Counted from the first letter of the whole stretch, positions 8,793 to 19,597 are shown. The stretch: 63,311 bases of DNA, filler included, from Gemmatimonadota bacterium (GCA_003697105.1; 7 parts of 7 records of this genome joined end to end with filler, not necessarily neighbours in it); one strand, 5' to 3'. The notes: generated by a model not told the origin, from the letters alone. Translations and numbers: made by a program.

Positions 8793-11700
8793 TCATCGCA
8801 ATAAGATCATCCGCCGGACAAATTGCTGTTGCTCGGTCTCCAAACGATACAAATAAATGCCGCTGGAAACCTTATGCCCGGTGCGATCATCCCCTTGCCA
8901 CTGTACTGAATACGAACCCGCATCAACAATGCCCGACATTAACGTTTGCACTAATTGACCGGACATATCGTACACCGCAAGGGTGACGTTCATCGATTGC
9001 GGTACCTCAAACCGGATGGTCGTCCGGGGATTAAACGGATTTGGATATGCCGGATAGAGCGCCACATGTTGAGGCAGTGCCACTTCCGGGATCACGGTTA
9101 CCGGTTGCTCGTTGATCTGTCCGGAAATAAGTTGCAAACTGGAAAGGTTTACGGATTCACTCAGATTTAAAAGTGCCCCATCCTGAAGCGGAGTAATACC
9201 AAAAGCACCCACAAACCACAGTACCGGACCCCGCCGGTGGGTTACCAATTGCCAATCTGCCGGAACGGTTTCCGCCAAGTCCACCTGAAGGTCATCTTCG
9301 CCGGCAATCAGAAACTGAAATGCAATCACATTCTCAACCGGGTCAACCTGTTGTAACTGGTGATTTGAAAATTTAATTCTGACATTCTGATTCTGAACCC
9401 CGAATTCGTTATTTTTCATTCTGAATGTGGGCGACCAATTGCCCGTAACTTCACCCATGAGTACCGCACTAAAATTTTGACCCGGCATATCCATTTGTAG
9501 CGGTTCATAATGATAACGTTCAGGAGTGAACATCCACTCTCCGGCGACAGAACTTTGCTCGATGCCTGCCGCAAATTGGGCAATACGAGCCGCATCAAAC
9601 GGATTTATACTGCCATTCTGAGTCACATCCGCCGCCAATATCTGGCACTCATTGAAGTCATACGAGCCGGCGGAATATTGCGCAACCCGTGCGGCATCAA
9701 AAGTGCTGATGCCGCTATTATCCCCTGTTTTAGAGGCACTCAAGGTCACAACTCCAGCGGGAGACGTCAAGCTGTACAACCCCTCTTCGCCGGTGGTGGT
9801 ATTCAAACCATTACTCAGTTGCAACAACACATCCGGTACGGCATCCGTGCCGTCACATGCCTGCCAGTATTGTACCTGCCCGGAAATAGTGAACACATCC
9901 CCGCCCGCACCAACGGTCACCCGACCGCTAATCGGCTGGCAGATGGGGTCTCGCTCGTTAAAAAACGCATCCACAAACCTTAAATCCGTCACTTGACCTT
10001 CACTACCGGTGACCGTTGCCCGTAGATAAATCAGCGTGCCATTTTCCGGCAATGGATTGGCACTAAAGCCATTGAGGATCACCCGTCCGGGGGTATGGGG
10101 ATTGATGTGGATCGTCCATCCCGCATCCGTCAAGCTATTATGGGTATCATAATCAAGGATGTGAATCACCGCGGGATCAAATACAATTTCCATCTGAAAC
10201 GCCAGAATATCCATACCAGCAACATCATCACATGGTAGTAAGATCGGGATCAGCAGGTTTGCACCCGGCTCTGCCTGTAATTCCGGCAAGCGTACATCTA
10301 CCCCAAACGGTAAACACGACCCATCATAAACCTCTGAGATTGTCAAATATTGGTTCACCGCGACATTTTGTAGATATTGCGTCACGCCGCTGGACCAATC
10401 CACCCGGATGGAATCAATTACCGTTGCGCTGCCGACGCCAAAAAGTGCTCGCCGGTCACTTTGGGCACTATAACCCCCACCGGATTGAGCTGAGATTTCT
10501 TGCATCTGCCATGTGCCACCCGCTTTAATCCATACTTTGGAACCGATGGCAGGGTGATTGGAGATAGTGCCGGTAAGTTCCGCACCAAACCAATTGTGAC
10601 CAAAGCCCCCATTATGATACAAAAAGTTATTACCATCATTGGCAACCACAAGGTCGGGGTCTCCGTCGTTATCCACATCTGCCCATGCATTTGCCAACGA
10701 TGCGCCTTGATCCTTATCCACGCGGCTCTCTTCAAATGCCGAAAACGTCAAATTACCGTTATTGAGGTAGAGCGTGTTGTTTTGCTCGCCCACAAATCCA
10801 CCATGCGAAACAAACACATCCGGTAACCCATCCTGATTGGCATCCATCCAACTGGCACCGTAACCATAACCGGGGTCATCAATGAGATCGCCAAAGGTTA
10901 CTCGCGAAAACCCCCCTTGCCCATTGTTGCGAAACAGGAAATTATCCATTTCCAGATTGGTTACAAACAGGTCCAGATCATGATCTCGATCAAAATCACA
11001 CCAACTACCACTGAGAGAAAACCCGTCCTCGGAAACCACATTACCGTGGCGGCGAGCTGTAAATGTACCATCCCCATTATTAATATAGAGTGAATTATTC
11101 CCACTGTTGGCCACAAACAAGTCTGGGTCACGATCCCCATCGATATCCCCCCAGCTACACGCGTTGGAATAGGTAAAATCCTGCTCGATTACGGAATCCG
11201 TGACGCGCTGAAACGTCCCACCGTAATTACGGTAGAGGAAATTATGCCCATAATTAACAATGACCAGATCAAGCCAACCATCGCCGTTGTAGTCACTCCA
11301 CGCCGCCGCAAGGGATGTTCCCCCATCGGTGGCAATCGGGCTATCCAACACCCGCGTAAAATTGCCATCCCCCTCATTATGATACAGAACATTATGTCCA
11401 TCATTGGCTACGACGACATCCGGCAAACCGTCATTATCGTAATCCCCCCAACTTGCACCGTAGGAGTTCCCCCCATCATTGACAAGGTCACCACTTGTCA
11501 CCGGTGTAAAGGTACCATCACCATTATTGTGATAAAGTCGATTATTGGCACCGTGTTGGTTGGTGAAAAAGAGGTCGGTGAACCCATCGTCATCATAATC
11601 AACCCAACAAACACCGGTGGAGGTTTCCGCCAGTTGCTCCAAGCCGTGCCAGCGGATGAAATACGCATCGGGTTCGATCACCCGTAACCGTTGATTCACC

Positions 11701-11807
11701 CGAACAGAGGGGATCACATCCACCGCACCATTCAGCCACTGCACCCGTACGGAATCTATGAGGTCAGTCATGCCGAGACCAAATTCCGCAATTAAATGGT
11801 TCTGCCC
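8793..11807 (-). CDS. Large secreted protein (5'-truncated): FG-GAP/CRTAC1 repeats, ASPIC-UnbV, cohesin-like, dockerin-like and FlgD/T9SS-A-type C-terminal domain
   Basis: Repeated WgDyDnDGxxDLfvaN motifs; SAQSDRRALFGVG (ASPIC/UnbV); duplicated FDAARxAQ dockerin-like repeats; terminal YPNPFNP...SSGIYLYRL. The frame is open to the contig edge. Confidence 0.85.
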   Translation of the reverse strand, partial: GQNHLIAEFGLGMTDLIDSVRVQWLNGAVDVIPSVRVNQRLRVIEPDAYFIRWHGLEQLAETSTGVCWVDYDDDGFTDLFFTNQHGANNRLYHNNGDGTFTPVTSGDLVNDGGNSYGASWGDYDNDGLPDVVVANDGHNVLYHNEGDGNFTRVLDSPIATDGGTSLAAAWSDYNGDGWLDLVIVNYGHNFLYRNYGGTFQRVTDSVIEQDFTYSNACSWGDIDGDRDPDLFVANSGNNSLYINNGDGTFTARRHGNVVSEDGFSLSGSWCDFDRDHDLDLFVTNLEMDNFLFRNNGQGGFSRVTFGDLIDDPGYGYGASWMDANQDGLPDVFVSHGGFVGEQNNTLYLNNGNLTFSAFEESRVDKDQGASLANAWADVDNDGDPDLVVANDGNNFLYHNGGFGHNWFGAELTGTISNHPAIGSKVWIKAGGTWQMQEISAQSGGGYSAQSDRRALFGVGSATVIDSIRVDWSSGVTQYLQNVAVNQYLTISEVYDGSCLPFGVDVRLPELQAEPGANLLIPILLPCDDVAGMDILAFQMEIVFDPAVIHILDYDTHNSLTDAGWTIHINPHTPGRVILNGFSANPLPENGTLIYLRATVTGSEGQVTDLRFVDAFFNERDPICQPISGRVTVGAGGDVFTISGQVQYWQACDGTDAVPDVLLQLSNGLNTTTGEEGLYSLTSPAGVVTLSASKTGDNSGISTFDAARVAQYSAGSYDFNECQILAADVTQNGSINPFDAARIAQFAAGIEQSSVAGEWMFTPERYHYEPLQMDMPGQNFSAVLMGEVTGNWSPTFRMKNNEFGVQNQNVRIKFSNHQLQQVDPVENVIAFQFLIAGEDDLQVDLAETVPADWQLVTHRRGPVLWFVGAFGITPLQDGALLNLSESVNLSSLQLISGQINEQPVTVIPEVALPQHVALYPAYPNPFNPRTTIRFEVPQSMNVTLAVYDMSGQLVQTLMSGIVDAGSYSVQWQGDDRTGHKVSSGIYLYRLETEQQQFVRRMILLR

Positions 11808-11907
11808 NNNNNNNNNNNNNNNNNNNNNNNNNNNNNNNNNNNNNNNNNNNNTTAATTAATTAANNNNNNNNNNNNNNNNNNNNNNNNNNNNNNNNNNNNN
11901 NNNNNNN
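11808..11907. other. Artificial contig linker
   Basis: N44-TTAATTAATTAA-N44 (stops in all six frames). Confidence 0.98.
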
Positions 11908-12205
11908 GTATAATATCTGGTTTCCGGTTTTTTATGATCCGAAGCAATTCTAAAATACGACCAATTCGCGACGATGGCTTGCCAAAATAGAAAACATCGA
12001 TACCTAATTCCTTAATTTTATCTTCCCAATATTCACCTTGAGTAAGACACACCACATAAGGTTCCGCTCCTGTATTTTTTAAGGTCTTAAGAATATAATA
12101 TAATTGCCGTTCAGCACCTCCTTGCCCTAACGTACCAGCTATAAAACAGATGCTTAAGCCAGAGATATAATTTGGATTTAAGGTGTGAGGGATAACGTTC
12201 CCCAT
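11908..12205 (-). CDS. GT4-family glycosyltransferase, N-terminal part (3'-truncated)
   Basis: ICFIAGTLGQGGAERQL...KPDII. Confidence 0.8.
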
Positions 12206-13344
12206 TGAACTTCCAACCGTTGTGCAATTAACGTTTTCCAAGCATCCAGCGTGTACTGTAAGCTGGTTTCTCGGGCACTTCGCGACATTGCTTGTACACG
12301 TGTTTCATCTGAAATAAGTGATAAAAGTTCACTTGCGATAGTTTCCGGGCGTGTATCTGCTAAAACAACACCATTTTGAGTACCGATCAAATGGGGTAAC
12401 ACTGAAACAGGTGATGTGATAACCGGCAACCCACAGGCTAAAGCCTCGTGAACCGCTTTCGGAAATCCTTCACGAACCCGAGTCGGAAAAACAAATAGAT
12501 GACTTTGAGAAAGAATCTGAATCACCCGGTCATGAGCCACATACCCGTGAAAATGAACGACATCTTCAAGACCTAACCTTACTGCCAAATCTTTCAAAGT
12601 ATCAAGATAATCCCCTCCACCCACAATATCAAACCGCAATTGAGGATACTGCTGCCGAACCAGAACCAGCGCATGTAACGTAGATTGGATATTTTTTTCT
12701 GCGGTGATCCGGCTCACCGTCACCAAGCGCAAGGGTTCACCCTTGGACCACGCGGAAGCTATCGGCAAAAACTTGATCTCTTGCTCAGATAACGTCGTAG
12801 AAAATATCCACTCTATTGCCAGATTTGAAGGACAAGGAGGTCGATCTCCCCCACCGGTTGCCATAACAACAGTACTACCCCCCGCAATTTTAGGCAATAA
12901 CCAACTTACAAAACGACTAACAAGAGTATCTTTATTTCCCCATGTACCACAATGACGAACAAACAGGGGTTTCTTTTGTATCAAAGTAACTAAAATACCA
13001 ATGGTACCAATATCACCTGGAATGGGAATATGTACCGCATCACTAGCACGGACATATCTCCAAATTCGGGGTAGATTTCGGAATAACCAAAACACAATCG
13101 ATAGTTTTCGACGGAAACCACTTCCAGTTGGCGGATCCAAGGGTACAATGGAAAGGTTATGCCCTACAAGCGGATGCACTCCCGCGGGTTTAGGGGGTTC
13201 AAAAATGGGCACGAGTATATGTGTTTGGTCAAATAGTTCTGAAATCGCCCGCATTTGATATGGAAATCCCCCAACAGTTGCATACCCGGAAGGAGAATGT
13301 GGGTCTTCCCAACATTCTTTATGAGAAATTACAACCAACTTCAT
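12178..13344 (-). CDS. GT4-family glycosyltransferase
   Basis: VSRITAEKN and EGFPKAVHEALACGLPVI. Confidence 0.88.
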   Translation of the reverse strand: MKLVVISHKECWEDPHSPSGYATVGGFPYQMRAISELFDQTHILVPIFEPPKPAGVHPLVGHNLSIVPLDPPTGSGFRRKLSIVFWLFRNLPRIWRYVRASDAVHIPIPGDIGTIGILVTLIQKKPLFVRHCGTWGNKDTLVSRFVSWLLPKIAGGSTVVMATGGGDRPPCPSNLAIEWIFSTTLSEQEIKFLPIASAWSKGEPLRLVTVSRITAEKNIQSTLHALVLVRQQYPQLRFDIVGGGDYLDTLKDLAVRLGLEDVVHFHGYVAHDRVIQILSQSHLFVFPTRVREGFPKAVHEALACGLPVITSPVSVLPHLIGTQNGVVLADTRPETIASELLSLISDETRVQAMSRSARETSLQYTLDAWKTLIAQRLEVQWGTLSLTP

Positions 13345-13360
13345 CGAGAACCTACTTCCG

Positions 13361-14326
13361 TTAGTAATAGGAATCCACTAATGCGGCACGGAGTCTCAGA
13401 AGAGCAAGTTTCAGCTGGGCAGGAAAGTTGAATGCAGAACCCGCTGTTGATAAGGTATAACCCAGGTCTTCCATTGAAGATTTACACAAGGATTCCATCA
13501 GCAAAACATCATTCGGATGCAGGTCGGATTTCCATTTTCCCACGGATACCGGAGAGATACCGGTAAATTCAGTTCGATTTGAAGAATTACCTCTCCAGGG
13601 AACTTTCCCGCCGCCTTTAGTGGGAGTCAGTAGGCATTCATTTTCCGTGATATTCAAAAAGTCAACTATTTTTTTGACATAGATTTCCGGGTTGGAAACA
13701 AACTTTTCGTAATACAAAATAAGATACCGGTCTGATCCAAATTTCTTTTCATTTTGAATCGCATAGTTAACACACTTTAACCATACATAGGATACCGTGG
13801 CAATAGAAGGTTGGGGACGGTTCCGTTTTTTAGCCCGACGGTTATATGTTGCAAGTAAATCACGCGGGTCACGGATCAAATGGATAAATTTTGTGTCTTC
13901 CCACCATCTAAAAATAGTCGGGGCATATTGTTCAACTAAGGGTGTTTTTTCCACCCAGCGAAGTGTAGCTGGCGTCAATGAGTTGCTGGCGGTACCGTAA
14001 GCAATAAAATAAGCTTCGATAATATCTTTCTCTGTGTTCTCTCGTTTTGTAAGTTCATCACTAAACAACTGATGAATCTTATCAATCGATATATGGGATA
14101 AATATTTTCGATAATAATGGTTTTCGGGGTCAAACTGATTTAGAAAATATTGCTTTGCAAAGTTAATCTTATCTATCTCGGTTTGCTGTCGTCTGAATTG
14201 AGGTAAAAATTTTCGAAAATAACTGAGTTCATCCTGACAAACGATCAATTGAGGATGACCATCTAATAAACTCGTTATAAGGGATGTGCCGGTACGGGGT
14301 AAACCACCAACAAAAACAGGGTTCAT
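13361..14326 (-). CDS. PAPS-dependent sulfotransferase
   Basis: 5'-PSB VFVGGLPRTGTSL, WVEKTP, 3'-PB IHLIRDPRD, YEKFVSNP. Confidence 0.88.
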   Translation of the reverse strand: MNPVFVGGLPRTGTSLITSLLDGHPQLIVCQDELSYFRKFLPQFRRQQTEIDKINFAKQYFLNQFDPENHYYRKYLSHISIDKIHQLFSDELTKRENTEKDIIEAYFIAYGTASNSLTPATLRWVEKTPLVEQYAPTIFRWWEDTKFIHLIRDPRDLLATYNRRAKKRNRPQPSIATVSYVWLKCVNYAIQNEKKFGSDRYLILYYEKFVSNPEIYVKKIVDFLNITENECLLTPTKGGGKVPWRGNSSNRTEFTGISPVSVGKWKSDLHPNDVLLMESLCKSSMEDLGYTLSTAGSAFNFPAQLKLALLRLRAALVDSYY

Positions 14327-14340
14327 AACGCTGGGTTTCC

Positions 14341-15600
14341 TTAACGTCGAGAATCTGATCGGAGTTCTGGCAAAATATGGTTCAAAAGTTCCGTTGCCAT
14401 TTTATAATAAGAGGCCTCAAAGCTATATTGGCGTTCAACCTGTTGTCGAGCCTTTTGACTCAGTACGTGCAGTTCTTGAGGATCGTCTAATAGTTCGAGT
14501 ACCCGATGTCCCATCGCCTGTTCCGATGTTTCCATGAAAAGACCTTCCTGGGGAGTCAAATTCATCCCATAAACAGCATCAGGAGTCGTGATCACCGGTA
14601 TACCGAGAGCCATCACTTCCACAATCCGGCTCCGAAAACCATATGTCCCTGACCAAGGAATCACCACAATAGAGATAGTCCTTAAAACATCTTGAACACG
14701 CTCCACAAATCCGGTAACGGTAACCCGCTTGTCATCTTTAGACAACGCTTGTATGGTAGCGGGGGGATTGCTCCCAATAATCCACAATTCCGCTTGGGGA
14801 TACTTTTCCCATACCAGAGGCATTATCTGATGATAAACTGTTAAAGCATCCTGTTGGTTATGAACACTACCCAAACCGCCATAGTAGGCAATTCGGGGCG
14901 GATCGGCAGGCTCCCAAGGGTCTGACCAGAGACGCAAATCAATGCCCATTGGAACATATGTCAGCCAAACCGAATCCGGAAGCCGTGATTTCATGTATTC
15001 ATATTCCGCGGCATTGATGGCAATAACGCCATCAAATTGCGTCCATGCCGCTTCCTCCCGGCGTCTATAGTGGGAAACCATCCGTTTTTTCCAGAATGCA
15101 GGTAGTCGTTTCATCTGCATTTGGCGCTCATAGGATTGCCACAAAATATTATGGGTGTCGATAATACAAGGTATATCGTTTTTTTTAAAAAGCGGAACAA
15201 GATCAGCGGTGTGCCAATATTCAAATAAAACGAGGTCAACAGACCGATTTTCAAGCGCTTTTTCGACCCGTTTTGGTGAAAATTCGAGTTTGCCCGTAAT
15301 GTAATTTGAAGATTTTAAACCGGTGACAATACTAAAAAAAAAGGCGATCCCCCGATGCCATATCCGGGACACCCTATTTTTAGAATAAAGCGAGTCCAGC
15401 AGAATCACATCATCACAGATTTTGTGTAGATTTTCGCTGATGCTGGGATGTTGGCTAAAGGGTGCTACCGTTAAAAAGGTAACATGAAATTGAGTTTTTA
15501 GCGCTTTTAACGTGTAATACACTCGTTGGCGTTGTCCAGAAGTCGCCGGGAATGGTAACACATGCGAAATAACTAATAACCGAGGCTTTGTCATTCTCAA
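14341..15600 (-). CDS. GT4-family glycosyltransferase
   Basis: HVLPFPATSGQRQR, IDTHNI and GFRSRIVEVMALGIPVITT. Confidence 0.85.
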   Translation of the reverse strand: MRMTKPRLLVISHVLPFPATSGQRQRVYYTLKALKTQFHVTFLTVAPFSQHPSISENLHKICDDVILLDSLYSKNRVSRIWHRGIAFFFSIVTGLKSSNYITGKLEFSPKRVEKALENRSVDLVLFEYWHTADLVPLFKKNDIPCIIDTHNILWQSYERQMQMKRLPAFWKKRMVSHYRRREEAAWTQFDGVIAINAAEYEYMKSRLPDSVWLTYVPMGIDLRLWSDPWEPADPPRIAYYGGLGSVHNQQDALTVYHQIMPLVWEKYPQAELWIIGSNPPATIQALSKDDKRVTVTGFVERVQDVLRTISIVVIPWSGTYGFRSRIVEVMALGIPVITTPDAVYGMNLTPQEGLFMETSEQAMGHRVLELLDDPQELHVLSQKARQQVERQYSFEASYYKMATELLNHILPELRSDSRR

Positions 15601-16493
15601 CCATTATCCGCCGTATAACCCAAAGCCGTCAAATTATCACCGATGAGGCGCAGGATGGTTTGTTTCTCCGCATCCGAAAGACGGCTGGTCTGATGTTGAT
15701 TAATTTGCGGATCGATAATATCGTAAATTCGATCTAATTCAAACCAATAATGTTTACCAATTTCAAACGAAGAACCGTGAGTCCCATCCGGTTGTAAATG
15801 CCCTTTAGCTTTAAATCGTAGCTTTTTCACTTTAGATAATTCTAAATGAGTCCACTTATACAACGTTTCTAAGGCGTGTTGCGGTTCTTTTAAGATGGAT
15901 TCAAAGGTGATCACATGATAATTCGGTAAGTTTTCGGCATCAAAAAGCATTTTACCGGTAATTTTGCGGTAAAATCGGGCAAATTGATCGGCAGAGGACA
16001 TAATTTTCCGCCGTTTATAGCTTTCGTATATGGCAAACGGATGTCGAACGAGAGCAATAAACGTGGCGTCTGGATACATATCCTGAAAAATGGGACTCAG
16101 AAAGGTTAAGCCATTGTTATTTTTTGCCACTAACCGGGATTGTTGAACTTCTTCAAGGGTATAAACTTCACCCTCATACTTGTATTTCATTTCCGGGTCG
16201 GAAAACGTGGTCAGTTTATACTCATACAACTTTTTATCAATAAAAAGTTGTGCGGCTTTCGGGATTGGCTTCCGCTCTTTGAGATTCCATTGGTCAAACA
16301 ACCCCCATTGGCGGCTCAAAATAACCGCTTGATAACCGGCTAATTTTGGGTTTTTCAAAGGATGTGTACGAAAAATTTCAAGAGTCTCGCGTTGAGGGGA
16401 ACACACATCTGGGTGGGTAATAAACAGGTTCCACAAGATATTACTCCCCCCACGAGAGAAGCAATTGAGAAAAATGGGGGCATGATTTCGCAT
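15597..16493 (-). CDS. Sulfotransferase-like protein
   Basis: IFLNCFSRGGSNIL (PSB-like), ALVRHPFAIYES and ITFESILKEP; start set at MRNHAP. Confidence 0.7.
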   Translation of the reverse strand: MRNHAPIFLNCFSRGGSNILWNLFITHPDVCSPQRETLEIFRTHPLKNPKLAGYQAVILSRQWGLFDQWNLKERKPIPKAAQLFIDKKLYEYKLTTFSDPEMKYKYEGEVYTLEEVQQSRLVAKNNNGLTFLSPIFQDMYPDATFIALVRHPFAIYESYKRRKIMSSADQFARFYRKITGKMLFDAENLPNYHVITFESILKEPQHALETLYKWTHLELSKVKKLRFKAKGHLQPDGTHGSSFEIGKHYWFELDRIYDIIDPQINQHQTSRLSDAEKQTILRLIGDNLTALGYTADNG

Positions 16494-16500
16494 AACAAGG

Positions 16501-17259
16501 TCAACTTTTTTTATGGGCGATAATATGTTTAGGATATACCCGCTGCCGCGGTTCAATGATGTTGTTTATCGAATATTGATTTAATTCTAAAATGTCGGTC
16601 ACTTTCCGATCATTATCTTCATCGTGAATTTCAATAACCCACGTTGGCGCATCTGGTCGTGAAAGTAAATGAGCGGCGCCCTTCAAAACCATGGACTCCG
16701 CCCCTTCTACATCCAGTTTGATGAGGTGGGGCAACGGGTGATCTTGGATAAAGTGGTCTAGGGTTTCAGTAGCAACTTCAACGCTGTCAAGGTTTGCCGT
16801 GTCACGCGTTAAACTGGGAGTAGCGCGGCTATCTGTGTTGAAATGAAGCAAAGCAGTACCGGTCTGATCGGAAATCGCTACGGATACCACATGGCAATTT
16901 TGAACCTGATTTGCAGATAGAACCTGCTCAATCCGCTGAATATTTTCTGGTAGCGGTTCAAAAGCGTAAACAGCGCCTCGATCTCCCACAAGCGTCGAGG
17001 CAAGCAAGCTAATATATCCGTAATTTGCACCAATATCGTAAAAAATATCCGCGGGTCGCAACTGTGCGCGAATCACTTCTTGTATCGCAATTTCATAAAT
17101 GCCTAATGTACAGGCAAGTCCCCCTTGAAAAGAAGCTCCTTTCAGGGGTCCAAACTGGATCGTGGACTGCTTTCCCCATAATCGACGAGCAATCGCTTCA
17201 AAGGGTCGGCGCAGGGGACCCCACCATAATTTAGAAAGTATAGTTTGTGATAAAGTCAT
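16501..17259 (-). CDS. FkbM-family methyltransferase
   Basis: FYDIGANYG, YAFEP and IKLDVEGAE. Confidence 0.9.
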   Translation of the reverse strand: MTLSQTILSKLWWGPLRRPFEAIARRLWGKQSTIQFGPLKGASFQGGLACTLGIYEIAIQEVIRAQLRPADIFYDIGANYGYISLLASTLVGDRGAVYAFEPLPENIQRIEQVLSANQVQNCHVVSVAISDQTGTALLHFNTDSRATPSLTRDTANLDSVEVATETLDHFIQDHPLPHLIKLDVEGAESMVLKGAAHLLSRPDAPTWVIEIHDEDNDRKVTDILELNQYSINNIIEPRQRVYPKHIIAHKKS

Positions 17260-18674
17260 CGTGCGTGTTCTGCTAAAAAGAGTAATTGGTGTGCAACGCG
17301 TTCTCCAGATTTTCCATCCAGAGTATCTCCGAACACACGGTTTATAAATGTTTTTCGTTTATCGCTATCTTCCTCAGGATGGGTTAGACCCTTTAGAAGA
17401 ATCGCTTTCATTTCTTCGGGTTTCCAAGCAACATTTACCCCACCACTATTTGCCACGGGCCAATAATGGTCGAATTTAATATGCCGAATCCAGCGGTAAA
17501 CCGGTGGTAAATCACTTCCCGGGGGATCAAACGCTAAATTCATCACCGGTTTATCAAACATCATCAACTCTAATGACACGGTCGATGCCGCATTGATACC
17601 CATTGCCGCATGTTTCACTAAACTGGTGTAAATCGAAAGGTCTTCGTACTGGGGAATCAACCACTTATGATCCCACAACACTTCTGGGAAATACACATCG
17701 GGTAAACCCCGCCTACCGATGGCTTTCATCTCCTCAGAAGTTCCTTTTGCATAAGTACGCACCACCAGTTGGGGTTTTTCCGGCAGGTCAAGTTCTTTGA
17801 GCAGTTCGATCAAATACTCAACGGTGCGGTGCTCGTCCGGGAAATCTTTTGCCATGCCGGTGGTATAAAGAATATATGGGCGGTTCGGATCAAAACCGAT
17901 TTTTGAAGCAAGTTCTTCCCGCGATAAAAGATATTCCGGCTTAAAATGATAATCAAATTGCGGCGTGCCAGTAATAAACACGCGTTTTTTATCAACATGG
18001 GGATAAATCTCCAACAATTTATCGTGCATTCCCTGATGCCATACCAAATAGTAATCATACGGCACAAAAATTCGACCGCGTGTCGTTAGGTTATCCCACG
18101 AAAAAATGAACCCTACCGTCGGAATTCCCAACTTATAACTGATCTTTGCCGGCAATTCACCGGCGGGACCATGAATATGGGACGTGTTAAATACCAGATC
18201 GGGCTTTAAGTCCTCAAATAATTGAACGAGGTCATCATTGGGGCGAAAATGCCAGCTTAAAAATTGATCGACTTTCGTTAAAAACTCTAATGTGGGACGG
18301 TTGGCCGCGAGCCGTGCTAAAAATTTAACGATAGCCCGTTGAAAGGTTCGACCCAGTTGCTTGGCTCTAGCATCGTGCATTTCCCAATTATTTTTGGCGG
18401 TTTCACCCCACATCCACCGGAAATGGGCATCATAGGTGATCAACCGTAACATATGGATAAACCGCTTTTCTGGGTACTGCTTTAACGGAATGATTCGCTC
18501 CACATAAGGTGAAAATTGAGCCATAAACCGGTCATCATCAATTACAGAAAGCAACGTTACCCGGGCGTTATCGCTCAAAATTTTCAGCGTATCGGAATAC
18601 AAAAAGTTGCGTACAGACTCACCCCGCGGGATGATCATCACAATATGCGGTTTTTTCGCAGATGATGGCGGCAT
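17256..18674 (-). CDS. GT-B fold transferase (CDP-glycerol glycerophosphotransferase-like; candidate nonulosonate transferase)
   Basis: FSWDNLTTRG, TGTPQFDY, INAASTVSLE...DKPV and DGKSGERV; directly downstream of neuB. Confidence 0.6.
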   Translation of the reverse strand: MPPSSAKKPHIVMIIPRGESVRNFLYSDTLKILSDNARVTLLSVIDDDRFMAQFSPYVERIIPLKQYPEKRFIHMLRLITYDAHFRWMWGETAKNNWEMHDARAKQLGRTFQRAIVKFLARLAANRPTLEFLTKVDQFLSWHFRPNDDLVQLFEDLKPDLVFNTSHIHGPAGELPAKISYKLGIPTVGFIFSWDNLTTRGRIFVPYDYYLVWHQGMHDKLLEIYPHVDKKRVFITGTPQFDYHFKPEYLLSREELASKIGFDPNRPYILYTTGMAKDFPDEHRTVEYLIELLKELDLPEKPQLVVRTYAKGTSEEMKAIGRRGLPDVYFPEVLWDHKWLIPQYEDLSIYTSLVKHAAMGINAASTVSLELMMFDKPVMNLAFDPPGSDLPPVYRWIRHIKFDHYWPVANSGGVNVAWKPEEMKAILLKGLTHPEEDSDKRKTFINRVFGDTLDGKSGERVAHQLLFLAEHAR

Positions 18675-19546
18675 TATTTCACCCGTCGGAGCCGGCGGAT
18701 CAAGGGTTTTTCGCTGTCATAGACTTTTTTAATGCCGTCACCCAGCGCTTGTTCAATAATACGAATATCCCGTACCAAGCGAAACAGACCATGCGGCTCA
18801 ATGGAAGCGGCTTGATCGCTACCCCACATAGCGCGATCCAATGTAATGTGGCGTTCCACAAAAGTTGCCCCCAGAACTACCGCCGCCACCGTGGTTTGTA
18901 ATCCCACTTCATGTCCAGAATAGCCAATCGGGCAATCAAACTTTTCGCCGAGTGTTTGAATCATACGTAGATTTAATTCAGAGGGATCACAGGGATAACT
19001 GCTGGTACTATGCGCGATCAACAGCCGGTCCATATCCATTAAGGAGACCGCATGATTAATTTCAGCGGTATTGGACATACCGGTTGACAGGATCAAGGGG
19101 CGTCCGGTATCCCGCTTGTGGCACAAGAGCGCATCATCCGTAAGGGACGCCGACGCTACCTTATAACAGACGGGGTCAAATTGCTCAATGAAGTCCACCG
19201 ACGGCTCATCCCAACAGGAGGCAAACCAATGAATGTTTTTTTCCCGGCAATACCGGTCAATTTCAGCGTATTCCTCTTTACCAAATTCAACCCGATAGCG
19301 GTAATCCATATACGTCATCAAGCCCCACGGGGTTTCGCGCATCACATTGCGTTGCTCTTCGGGCACACACAATTCTGGCGTCCGTTTTTGGAATTTGACC
19401 GCATCACAACCCGCAATAGCCGCGGCATCAATCAATTTTTTGGCAATATCCAAATCACCATTATGATTAATGCCGATTTCACCAATAATATAACACGGTT
19501 CGCCTTTCCCAACAGCGCGACCCCCGATGTTTACAATTTCACCCAT
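18674..19546 (-). CDS. neuB: NeuB-family nonulosonic acid synthase (short, no SAF domain)
   Basis: IIGEIGINHNGD, DAVKFQKR, GYSGHE and ERHITLDRAMWGSDQAAS; ATG 19546 with GAGAGG RBS. Confidence 0.9.
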   Translation of the reverse strand: MGEIVNIGGRAVGKGEPCYIIGEIGINHNGDLDIAKKLIDAAAIAGCDAVKFQKRTPELCVPEEQRNVMRETPWGLMTYMDYRYRVEFGKEEYAEIDRYCREKNIHWFASCWDEPSVDFIEQFDPVCYKVASASLTDDALLCHKRDTGRPLILSTGMSNTAEINHAVSLMDMDRLLIAHSTSSYPCDPSELNLRMIQTLGEKFDCPIGYSGHEVGLQTTVAAVVLGATFVERHITLDRAMWGSDQAASIEPHGLFRLVRDIRIIEQALGDGIKKVYDSEKPLIRRLRRVK

Positions 19547-19597
19547 TACAAACCTCTCTTTAATGCAAATTTCCAAGAATAAATTAACCTTGAATCC

